This document shows positions 56,358 through 64,000 of a stretch of 64,000 nucleotides of DNA, one piece after another. The stretch is taken from the NCBI GenBank assembly GCA_035499815.1, contig DATJXZ010000022.1, positions 34,031 to 98,030 of the forward strand, written 5' to 3'. Numbering within the stretch: position 1 is the stretch's first letter; each line of letters starts with the position of its first letter. A program made the position numbers and the translations under genes. The notes below the pieces were generated by a model that made no database searches, had not been told where the DNA came from, and worked only from the letters and a program-made list of their open reading frames with translations. Source of the stretch: Candidatus Solibacter sp. GTDB lineage: Bacteria > Acidobacteriota > Terriglobia > Acidiferrales > UBA7541.

Positions 56358-56507
56358 ACACGGAAGCCGAATGGCTCGGCTCACCGAGACACCGCTCTGG
56401 GAGCGCCGCGTACCGGCGTTCAGTAAGCAGGGTTCCTCTTGCCGCAAATCAGGACGGCGAACGGTCTGCTTGCTTGTCCGCAATCTCATTACTGGGAGGA
56501 CGAAATC

Positions 56508-57248
56508 ATGACCGCAAACGAAACCATCGTTCAAAAGCTGCATCTCTTTCAGCTGTCGACCAGCACAGTGCCGGTGGCACCTGGCCGGACAATGGAAATG
56601 GTTTTGGGCTGTTATCTCGTTGAAACTAAAGATGGTAAGCACATCCTGATCGACACCGGCTTTCCGCCTGACGTGCCCAGACCAGCCGGCAGCCCGCCCG
56701 CCGAAAACCAGAAGAATGTCCTGGAGCATCTTGCCGCACTCGGCCTGTGCCCCGGCGACATCGACACCGTTATCGCAACTCATTTCGATATTGACCACGT
56801 GGGCTATCACGATTCCTTCCCCGAGGCGGAATTCGTCGTTCAGCGCGAACACTACGAACTGGCCCGGGCTGGCCATCCCCGATTTGCCAAAGCGCGCGTG
56901 CACTGGGACCATCCCGCACTCCGTTACCGTCTGTTGAATGGCGATCTCGAACTGCTCCCCGGCTTGACCTTGCTCAAGACCGGTGGCCACGTTGCAGGTC
57001 ATCAGTCAGTGCTGGTGCGTCTTCCGCACACCGGTTCGGTCCTTCTCGCCATTGACGCCGTCATGATGGAGCGCACTTTTACGATGGATCGCAAAGCCTG
57101 GCCCAATGATGAAAATGAGCAGCACCTCCTCGCCAGCACACGGAAACTTCTTGATCTTGTAGAGAAGGAAAACATTCCCCTGGTCGTCTTCGGCCATGAT
57201 GGACTGCAGTGGCGAAATCTGAAAAAGGCGCCGGCTTTTTACGATTAA
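56508..57248 (+). CDS. MBL-fold metallo-hydrolase (lactonase-like)
   Basis: ILIDTGF, then THFDIDHVG. This is an HxHxDH-type motif in which the second His position holds Asp. Later GGHVAGH and FGHD. GGGAGGA lies upstream of ATG 56508. Confidence 0.85.
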   Translation: MTANETIVQKLHLFQLSTSTVPVAPGRTMEMVLGCYLVETKDGKHILIDTGFPPDVPRPAGSPPAENQKNVLEHLAALGLCPGDIDTVIATHFDIDHVGYHDSFPEAEFVVQREHYELARAGHPRFAKARVHWDHPALRYRLLNGDLELLPGLTLLKTGGHVAGHQSVLVRLPHTGSVLLAIDAVMMERTFTMDRKAWPNDENEQHLLASTRKLLDLVEKENIPLVVFGHDGLQWRNLKKAPAFYD

Positions 57249-57273
57249 GGGGTCGGCAGGTTGGAAAGTCCTA

Positions 57274-59016
57274 TCAGGTGGTTTGGGCCAGGCTCGCGGG
57301 GCTGGCGTCGGTGTCCGTTCCAGTTTGGGCGCTGGAAGCGCGATATCGCACGATCAAAAGCGTAAGATCGTCGGCTTGGCTCGCGCCTCGCGCGAAATTC
57401 TCGACAGCTTCCAACACGCACTTCTGCAGTTGGTCGAGTGGGCAGTCCGTTTGTCCTGTCAGGACCTCGCGTAGCCGTGGCACGCCAAACAGCTCTTCGT
57501 TCGGGTCCATGGCTTCGGTGACTCCGTCGCTGAATAGCACTATCGTGTCGCCGGGTTCGAGTTTCAGACGTGCCACCGCATATTCGGCCTCGGGCACAAG
57601 CCCGACCGGATAGGATCCCTCGCTGAAAGGTTCCTGGGCCACTCCATGGCGGATTAAGAACGGCGAAGGATGCCCGGCATTGATAAATTCGAGATGTCCA
57701 TCTTGGTCCAGAATGCCGAAAAACATCGTGGCATAGCGCCCAACTTCCGCGTGGTCGCACAGAAATCGATTTACATGCGAGAACACTCGCGCTGGATCGG
57801 TTCCCAGGGTCATAGCCGAAAGCGCGCCCTGCAGCATAGTCGTTAGCAGAGCAGCCCCGAGTCCCTTTCCGGAAACGTCGGCGATCAGAAACGCCGTTCG
57901 GTTCTTATCGAGCGGAAAAACGTCAAAGTAGTCGCCTCCGACTGATAGGCATGGATAATTGCATCCCGCCACAGCAAGGTGTGGATGATCCGGAAAGTTC
58001 CGGGGCAGCAGCGCTTGTTGAATGTCGCGCGCAATATTGATTTGCTCTTCCATGCGCTGCCGTTCCCGCTCGCGAACCACGAGTCTCGCGTTGTCCAGTG
58101 TGCTGGCCGCGTCTGCCGCAAGAGCGTCCAGAATTTGCCGGTCTAGCTTTGAAAATGCGGCAGGCCGCCGCGAGTCCAGATACAGCACTCCGAGAGACTG
58201 TCCAAAACCTGGAGAAACTCCGGACTCCAGTGTGCCGTGTCTGTTAACGGCAAACAGCGGAATCACCACCACGGCTCGCAGCCGCTGCGCAATGATGCTC
58301 TGCGCGGATTGCAAATCCATGTCCGCACGTTCGATGTCCTCGGTCACGACGGGCGAATTCTGCCGCAGCGCCAGTTGAATCGCTGTTTGGCTCGGCGCCA
58401 GCGATTCAGGTGGCAGCCGCAGCCCGCCGGTACGCCGCGCGAGCCGTACTTTGAGCGCGCCCGTAGCGTCTGCTTCCAGCAGCATTCCTCGATCCGCGTC
58501 CGTCACGGAGACCGCGTGGTCCAGCATCAAAGCCAGTGCTTCATCAAGCGGCCGCTGCGAGTGAAGCAGCGTTGTGGCCTCCAGCAGCAGGTTGAGTTTG
58601 CGCAGCCCTCCACCAACTGGTTCCGAACTGGTGATGTGCTCGATGCGCGTCAGCAGATTGGGAAGAGACTCCTCCCCGCTGGAGGTTCCGGAACGGAACA
58701 CTATTTCGTAGGAATCCTCGAGTCCAAATGTGATCGAGTCGCTGTCGTTCAGCGCGCGGCTTTCCACTTTTTCGCCGTTTACGAACAGTCCGCGTCGCTG
58801 TCCTCGATCCTCTATGTAAAGCCGGCCCGCTTCAGAAACGATGGCTGCGCAATTCCTCGAAATGCGCCTGTCCGAAAGCTGCAGATGATTCCCCGTTTCC
58901 GCGCCTCTTCCGATAAGGAACGGCGTCTGCGTGATGCGTACGTAGCGGCGAGCGCCGTCTGGAGAAACGACCTCGAGCACTGCTCCGCCCATCGAAATGG
59001 AGGCTGTATCGGGCAC
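57274..59016 (-). CDS. FHA domain, GAF domain and PP2C/SpoIIE-type phosphatase
   Basis: FHA: FLIGRGAETGNHLQLSDRRISRNCAAIV...LYIEDRGQRRGLFVNGEKV. A central GAF-like region follows. SpoIIE: ARDIQQALLP, GGDYFDVF, ADVSGKG, FSDGVTE and ADDLTLLIV. The start may be GTG 59016 or ATG 58992. Confidence 0.9.
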   Translation of the reverse strand: MPDTASISMGGAVLEVVSPDGARRYVRITQTPFLIGRGAETGNHLQLSDRRISRNCAAIVSEAGRLYIEDRGQRRGLFVNGEKVESRALNDSDSITFGLEDSYEIVFRSGTSSGEESLPNLLTRIEHITSSEPVGGGLRKLNLLLEATTLLHSQRPLDEALALMLDHAVSVTDADRGMLLEADATGALKVRLARRTGGLRLPPESLAPSQTAIQLALRQNSPVVTEDIERADMDLQSAQSIIAQRLRAVVVIPLFAVNRHGTLESGVSPGFGQSLGVLYLDSRRPAAFSKLDRQILDALAADAASTLDNARLVVRERERQRMEEQINIARDIQQALLPRNFPDHPHLAVAGCNYPCLSVGGDYFDVFPLDKNRTAFLIADVSGKGLGAALLTTMLQGALSAMTLGTDPARVFSHVNRFLCDHAEVGRYATMFFGILDQDGHLEFINAGHPSPFLIRHGVAQEPFSEGSYPVGLVPEAEYAVARLKLEPGDTIVLFSDGVTEAMDPNEELFGVPRLREVLTGQTDCPLDQLQKCVLEAVENFARGASQADDLTLLIVRYRASSAQTGTDTDASPASLAQTT

Positions 59017-59163
59017 GGGTTATTCGCGACGGGATTGTAGCACGCACGCGCGCCAAAGGCCGAAGTTGACGTTCGAACTCACCAGTTCGTCTGCTCACTC
59101 CATCGATTCCCGGGTCTTCTGTGATAGTTTCTATTTTCGTAATGTAATCTGCGGGAGGAAGAG

Positions 59164-61137
59164 ATGCGCGCGACTGCGATAGCTTGGACTGGAACTGACG
59201 CGAGGATCAAGCCTTCTAATCGGTTGAGGCTCTATTTACTTCGCGCGGCGCTTCTCCTTGTCTGCACGGCGCTGCTCGCGGCTTGCGCGACTCCTGTCCG
59301 CGCAGCGGAAAAACATCCCTTCGGTATCGACGATTATTCAGCTCTCCGCAGCGCACACGCGATTGCCGTCTCCCCGGATGGTAAGCGCATTCTGTATGAC
59401 GTCAGCGCCGTCGGAACGAAGGGGCCCGCGAAGCACGAATGGCGTCTGATCGACGTGACTGGCGAGAATTCCCGCAAGCTCGATCTTCCGGACCAGTTTC
59501 ATCCTCTCGGTTTTACTAAGGACGGTGCCCTTTACGGCACTTACCGCGTCGGCGACCTCGGGCAACTTGGCATCGTCTCGCTCGAGTCTTCCAAGCCCAC
59601 ATTGATCATCGCCCTCCCCAACGGTGTCAACGCCGCCGCGATTTCCCCCGACGGTGCCCATTTCGCACTACTCTCCGACCCTAGGCCGAAGGATCCGCTC
59701 GCGGGCATTCATAACGTAGTAGAAAACGACGAAACCAGCCTCTACGTCGTTGGTGCGAACGGCGCTGACGGTGCCTGGTGGTGCCCCGATCTCAAATTCA
59801 TCACCGATATCGCTTGGTCTAAGAACTCCTCACAAATCGCGGTTGTCACGCAGACTCCCAAGCTCGGCCACCACGAACTCCATTCCTTCGTGAATGTGTG
59901 TAGCGCCTCTGCCTCGAACCAACTCGCCGAAATTTCCGATGCAACCAGCGGCATCGCGTGGTCTGGTGACGGTTCTGAGCTAGTCTTTGCTGCCACGACC
60001 TCTCCCACGTTAACTCCCGAACACGTCTGGACCATTCCTATCGCGGGTGGCACGCCTGTCGATCGCACCCCGCAGCTGGCGGGAACAGCAACGACCGTGG
60101 AGTCCGACTCCCACGGCATGGTGTGGGTCGAGCTTCATAGAGGAGTGATCACCGAAGTCGCCGCATTCAGCGACGGCCAGTTTCAACGGCCCTACCACTG
60201 GCCCAACGGAAATATTGAGGGCCTGCCTGTGTTCTTTGCGTTTGCCGGTTCGCCGGAGACCCTGGTTTTCAACATTGGAGATCCGAGCCACGCCACGAAC
60301 ATAGCCGTTTACCAAGGCGATTCCTTCGCAAGAATTACCCATGAAGGCGACGATACGCTTGCGAGTGTAGATGTCGGCGGCGTAAAAATCGTTCACTGGA
60401 CATCTAAGGACGGAATCAGGCTCGAAGGCATCGTTACATTTCCTGTCGGGTACCACGAAGGGAAGAAATATCCCTTCCTCGTTTTCCCCCACGGCGGCCC
60501 TGAATCAAACGATCAATTTCAATTCGACGCCTTCACGCAATTCCTGGCCGGAAAGGGCTATGTCGTCCTCCAGCCCGAATATCGAGGCTCGACCGGCTAT
60601 GGCGCGGATTTTCTCTCCTCCATCTATCAGCATTTCGGAGACCGCGCCTATCGCGACGTGGATAGCGCCACCGATCTCGCCATCTCGGAAGGATGGGCCG
60701 ATCCTAATCGGCTGGCGATTTTCGGCTGGAGCGCGGGCGGCTTCATGACTTCCTGGACCATTACGCAAACGCATCGCTATAAAGCTGCCATCGAAGGCGC
60801 GGGAATCACCGATTGGCTGAGCTTTATCCCCACCAGCGATACCTGGCAGGTCGATTATGACGCGCGGCTGGAGGAAAAAGATCCGAAGCCCATGCTTCAA
60901 TTCTCAGCGGTCATGTTCGCGGACCAGGTGACCACTCCCCTCCTGATCCTCCACGGCGAAGCCGACCTCCGCGTCCCCACCTTTCAGGGACGGGAATACT
61001 TCGTCCTCCTAAAGGAACGCGGAAAAACCGTCCGCATGGTCACTTACCCGGGTTCGCCGCACTTTCCCCGTCTCGCCGAGCAGCGCCGCGACCTCTTCGA
61101 TGAAATCGCCGCCTGGCTAGCAAAATATAATCCGTAA
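59164..61137 (+). CDS. S9-family serine peptidase (prolyl oligopeptidase / acylaminoacyl-peptidase type), secreted
   Basis: Signal/lipobox-like LLLVCTALLAACATP. An N-terminal beta-propeller region is followed by GWSAGGF (nucleophile), and Asp and His contexts (HGEADLRVP, GSPHF). Confidence 0.9.
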   Translation: MRATAIAWTGTDARIKPSNRLRLYLLRAALLLVCTALLAACATPVRAAEKHPFGIDDYSALRSAHAIAVSPDGKRILYDVSAVGTKGPAKHEWRLIDVTGENSRKLDLPDQFHPLGFTKDGALYGTYRVGDLGQLGIVSLESSKPTLIIALPNGVNAAAISPDGAHFALLSDPRPKDPLAGIHNVVENDETSLYVVGANGADGAWWCPDLKFITDIAWSKNSSQIAVVTQTPKLGHHELHSFVNVCSASASNQLAEISDATSGIAWSGDGSELVFAATTSPTLTPEHVWTIPIAGGTPVDRTPQLAGTATTVESDSHGMVWVELHRGVITEVAAFSDGQFQRPYHWPNGNIEGLPVFFAFAGSPETLVFNIGDPSHATNIAVYQGDSFARITHEGDDTLASVDVGGVKIVHWTSKDGIRLEGIVTFPVGYHEGKKYPFLVFPHGGPESNDQFQFDAFTQFLAGKGYVVLQPEYRGSTGYGADFLSSIYQHFGDRAYRDVDSATDLAISEGWADPNRLAIFGWSAGGFMTSWTITQTHRYKAAIEGAGITDWLSFIPTSDTWQVDYDARLEEKDPKPMLQFSAVMFADQVTTPLLILHGEADLRVPTFQGREYFVLLKERGKTVRMVTYPGSPHFPRLAEQRRDLFDEIAAWLAKYNP

Positions 61138-61191
61138 CGGCGCCTAGAGTTCCCCGCGCGCTTTTTCAATCGACTGTCGTCCGCTCACGGA

Positions 61192-63915
61192 TCACTCGTG
61201 CCGTAGTGCTTCCAGCGGATCGAGTCTCGATGCACGCAACGCGGGGAGGTAACTCGCCGCGAGGGCCACTCCCGCCAAACAGGCAGTTGCAATCATCAGA
61301 GTGACTGCATCATATGGCTTCAAATCGAAGAGCATCGAAGCCACCGCCTTCGAGCCGGCCAATGAAAGAGCAACGCCGATCGTCAATCCTATTGCCAGCA
61401 ACAGCATGGTTTCGCGAAGCACGAGCGCGATGATGCTTCCCCGATCCGCCCCCAGCGACATCCGGATCCCGATCTCATTGCGCCGCCGCTCCACCATATA
61501 GGAAATCACTCCGTACAACCCAATCACCGCCAGCACCACCGCTAGCGCTCCAAAAAATCCGGACAGTTGCGCAACCAGTCGCTCTCTCAGAAGGCCTTCA
61601 TCGATCATCCGCCGAAACGCATAGAAGCTTACGTCCATATTCGCGCTCGTTTGATTGGCTGTCTCCTTTACGGCGGAGATGAGGTTTGAAAAAGGCATCC
61701 TCGTTCGAATCACGATTTGCGCGTCGGTGTCCGGGTGGATTGCTTGCGCCACCGGTGTGTACACGATCTCTATCGGTTCTTCTCGCAAGTCCTCATACTT
61801 TGTATTCTTCACTACCCCCACGATTTCGTACGGGCCGATGATCTTGTTCATTCTCCGAATCCGGAACATTGTCCCCACCGGGTTGCTCGACTTCGCGATT
61901 TTCTCTCCGAACGCTTCGTTCACGATCGCAACCAGCGGCGCTCCCGCGTCGTCATGCTCGTTGAAGTCCCGTCCCGCCAGCAGAGGTGTTTCCAGCGTTT
62001 GGAAATATCCCGGGCTCACCGTGTCGAACGCAGCTAGCGGATTTTCTTCCTTCGGCGGGCTCGAAGTGCCCGGCAGAATGTCATGGTTTTCCCCGTTTCC
62101 GCTCAAGGGAACAATCCTCGCAATGGCCGCGGAATCCACTCCCGGAATCGCGCGTACGCGCTCCAAAAGCTCCTTTGCAAACGAGGTGCGGCGCTCATCG
62201 GCAAGCTTCAGTGGCGTGAAATCCAGATCCGTCACGAGAATCCCGTCGCGTTGGAAACCTGCATCCACGTGCGCGAGCTTGTCCAGGCTCTGCGCAAAAA
62301 GCAGCGCGCCAACCAGCAAAGTAAGCGACATTGCGATCTGGGAAACCACCAGCACGCGCCGCAGCCCGAATCGCGATCGGCCGTCCGTCGCCCCGCGCCC
62401 GCCTTCTTTCAAGACCACTCCGGGCGACACGCTGGTCGCTCGAAGGGCGGGTGCCAGTCCAAACAGGATGCAGGTGAGAACCGCAAGCGTCGTCGTAAAC
62501 CCCAACACCCGCCAATCTGTCCCCAGGTCCACAAACAGCGGGTCGTGCGCCGTGCTCAACGAAGCCACCAGAACCTGGCTCAAGCTGTGCGCCAGCAATC
62601 CTCCTAACGCCGCGCCGATCACCGCCAGCACAAGGCTCTCCGCCAGCAATTGACGCACCAGCCTGCCTCGGCTCGCGCCAATCGCCAGCCTCATCCCCAT
62701 CTCCTTTTCCCTCGCGCTCGCGCGAGCCAGCAGCAGGTTTGCGAGGTTGGCCGAAGCAATCACCAGCACCACTGCGGCCAGTGCAAGCAGCAGCCACAGC
62801 GGATCCGCAAATTCCCGCCGTAAGTCTGATACTCCGGTTTCCGCCGGGAATGCTCCCAGCCTGTAACTCAGGAAGTGTTTCGCCTGTTCGGGATTGAAAT
62901 TCGCGGGCAGGGTCGCTTCGAAGATACCCGGTGAAACGGCCCGCAATTGCGACGTTGCACGTGCGATCGTCCATCCGGGCTTCAGCCGCCCAATGCTGCT
63001 CAGCCACCAGCCGTCTCGCAACGGGAGCATCGCGCCCTCGCCGTCCACGATTTGCTCCGCGCAGAGCGGCCCGGCGAGGTCGAAATAGCGTCCCGTCTCT
63101 ACCCCGCGAAAACTCGCAGGTGCCACGCCAATAATCGGAAACGGATGCCGGTTTAGTAGAATGCTCCGGCCGATCACATCCGGGCTTCCTCCATATTCGC
63201 GTTGCCAGAAGGAATAACTGATCACTACGCCCGGCGACGGGCAGCCAGGCTGATCGTCGTTGCGATTCAAGAGCCGTCCCAGCGCAGGCTGCACTTCCAG
63301 CATTTCAAAAAAGCTACCGCTCACCCACAATCCTTCCACAGTGTGCATTTCCCCCGAAGGTGAAATGTTTAGTCTCACGGGGGACCACGCGGAAATCCCC
63401 GAGAAGCTTTCCTGCTCCTGCTGGATTTTCTCCCAAATCGCGTACGTGAGGTCAGGGTAGCGGCTGTTGAAATATCCGCTCGCCCCATCCCTCGGAAGGA
63501 TTTTCACCCCCGCCAGATTCCGTGGATTCTGCACCGGCAGCGTGCGCATTTGCACGGCGTCGAGCAGTTGAAAGATGGCCGTGTTCGCTCCGATTCCCAG
63601 CGCCAGCGAAAGGATCGCCGCGCTTGTGAACGCGGGATTGTGCCGCAACCCTCTCAACCCGAATTTCAAATCGTTCCAAAGCGTTTCGAAATGCGTCTCC
63701 CAGCTTGCCGCCCTCACTCCTTCCTTGACGGACTCGACCCCGCCCATTTCGATTCGCGCGGCCCGCTGGGCTTCTTCGCGCGTCATTCCTTGCCTCATTT
63801 TTTCGACGGTCGCTTTTTCGAGAAAATCGCCCAACTCCTCTTCGAGTTCCTGTTCGGTTTCCTTCTTGCGGAAGAGTCCGCGCAGCCCGCTCGCCAGATT
63901 TTTCCTAATGGCCAC
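61192..63915 (-). CDS. ADOP-family permease (acidobacterial duplicated orphan permease; MacB/FtsX-like, two FtsX domains)
   Basis: 907 aa. The typical N-terminal prefix is LFRKKETEQELEEELGDFLEKATVEKMRQGMTREEAQRAARIEMGG...DLKFGLRGLRHNPAFT. Two copies of the MacB-periplasmic plus four-TM FtsX arrangement follow. The C-terminus is YLPALRASRLDPLEALRHE. GTG start with GAGGAGG upstream. Confidence 0.93.
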   Translation of the reverse strand: MAIRKNLASGLRGLFRKKETEQELEEELGDFLEKATVEKMRQGMTREEAQRAARIEMGGVESVKEGVRAASWETHFETLWNDLKFGLRGLRHNPAFTSAAILSLALGIGANTAIFQLLDAVQMRTLPVQNPRNLAGVKILPRDGASGYFNSRYPDLTYAIWEKIQQEQESFSGISAWSPVRLNISPSGEMHTVEGLWVSGSFFEMLEVQPALGRLLNRNDDQPGCPSPGVVISYSFWQREYGGSPDVIGRSILLNRHPFPIIGVAPASFRGVETGRYFDLAGPLCAEQIVDGEGAMLPLRDGWWLSSIGRLKPGWTIARATSQLRAVSPGIFEATLPANFNPEQAKHFLSYRLGAFPAETGVSDLRREFADPLWLLLALAAVVLVIASANLANLLLARASAREKEMGMRLAIGASRGRLVRQLLAESLVLAVIGAALGGLLAHSLSQVLVASLSTAHDPLFVDLGTDWRVLGFTTTLAVLTCILFGLAPALRATSVSPGVVLKEGGRGATDGRSRFGLRRVLVVSQIAMSLTLLVGALLFAQSLDKLAHVDAGFQRDGILVTDLDFTPLKLADERRTSFAKELLERVRAIPGVDSAAIARIVPLSGNGENHDILPGTSSPPKEENPLAAFDTVSPGYFQTLETPLLAGRDFNEHDDAGAPLVAIVNEAFGEKIAKSSNPVGTMFRIRRMNKIIGPYEIVGVVKNTKYEDLREEPIEIVYTPVAQAIHPDTDAQIVIRTRMPFSNLISAVKETANQTSANMDVSFYAFRRMIDEGLLRERLVAQLSGFFGALAVVLAVIGLYGVISYMVERRRNEIGIRMSLGADRGSIIALVLRETMLLLAIGLTIGVALSLAGSKAVASMLFDLKPYDAVTLMIATACLAGVALAASYLPALRASRLDPLEALRHE

Positions 63916-63964
63916 GGTTGTCCTCCTCGCGGGGACGCGCTTTGGCGCTTCCCCTTCTCAATCC

Positions 63965-64000
63965 TTACGACGCCGTCTGCAAAATCCTCGCAATGGCCGC
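63965..64000 (-). CDS. 3' end (11 codons) of an upstream gene, possibly a PadR-type regulator
   Basis: The reverse strand reads ...AAIARILQTAS-stop. ADOP permeases are commonly preceded by PadR-family regulators. Only context supports the family guess. Confidence 0.3.
   Translation of the reverse strand, partial: AAIARILQTAS

Noticed and set aside
56360-56460. Possible tRNA-Sec (selC) next to the fdh operon, prompted by the GGAAGCCG... start
   Set aside because: No complementary 3' acceptor strand (CGGCTTCC) is present, and there is no T-arm or UCA anticodon loop in a foldable position on either strand.
56420-56470. Guanidine riboswitch (ykkC-type or guanidine-III-type) resemblance in the MBL leader
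   Set aside because: Only short fragments (AGGGUUCC, CAGGACGGCG) resemble those motifs. The conserved helices and spacing are not reproduced, and the downstream gene is not a typical guanidine-regulon member.
56241-57002. 253-aa - strand ORF
   Set aside because: It is antisense to the MBL-fold hydrolase and extends into the promoter region. No motifs.
61655-63007. ORFs 61655..62653 (+) and 62195..63007 (-, alternative frame)
   Set aside because: They are shadow or alternative-frame ORFs within the ADOP permease gene.
63983-64000. 18-nt exact identity (AATCCTCGCAATGGCCGC) with 62113-62130 inside the ADOP gene. Both copies encode AAIARI on the - strand.
   Set aside because: The match runs into the window edge, so its true extent is unknown. 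A single 18-mer in GC-rich coding DNA could be chance. It is worth re-checking with flanking sequence.

Overview
This is a 64-kb chromosomal segment, GC-rich overall. I only spot-counted single 60-nt lines: about 60-70% GC in core genes such as recA, about 50-53% in a few segments. Gene content points to an Acidobacteriota (Terriglobia-like) genome. The evidence is a 907-aa MacB/FtsX-type 'acidobacterial duplicated orphan permease' preceded by what looks like the 3' end of a PadR-type regulator, plus many Tat- or Sec-exported enzymes. I support about 50 protein-coding genes. They fall into these groups:
- DNA-damage genes: a UvrD-like helicase (cut by the left edge), two DinB-superfamily genes, recA, lexA, dps and an endonuclease-III-like gene.
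- Central metabolism: thiolase, 3-hydroxybutyryl-CoA dehydrogenase, korAB 2-oxoacid:ferredoxin oxidoreductase and pyruvate carboxylase.
- A complete respiratory formate dehydrogenase operon (fdnG-fdnH-fdnI-fdhE). Its catalytic subunit is split in the ORF track by an in-frame TGA that matches the known selenocysteine position.
- A YdeP-type molybdoenzyme.
- Signalling proteins: an ECF sigma/anti-sigma pair, a HisKA_3 sensor kinase, and two GAF-PP2C phosphatases (one with FHA).
- Envelope and secreted proteins.

I recognised no rRNA, tRNA, CRISPR array, transposase, integrase or phage gene.

The observations most worth follow-up are:
1. A direct-repeat motif, TTYGC-N6-TTCGCC, sits in the promoters of lexA and a DinB-family gene and upstream of a small ORF preceding recA. 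I read it as a candidate LexA operator.
2. The lexA neighbourhood holds a divergent polytopic membrane protein, followed downstream by a degenerate-receiver/transmembrane/trypsin-like protease and a PLC-like protein.
3. fdnG has a Sec codon followed by a SECIS-like hairpin.
4. A short intergenic repeat family occurs at two loci.
5. An AT-richer, gene-poor stretch at 6.3-10.2 kb contains an orphan kinase and what looks like a decayed response regulator.

All family assignments come from reading motifs in the translations. No database search was run.
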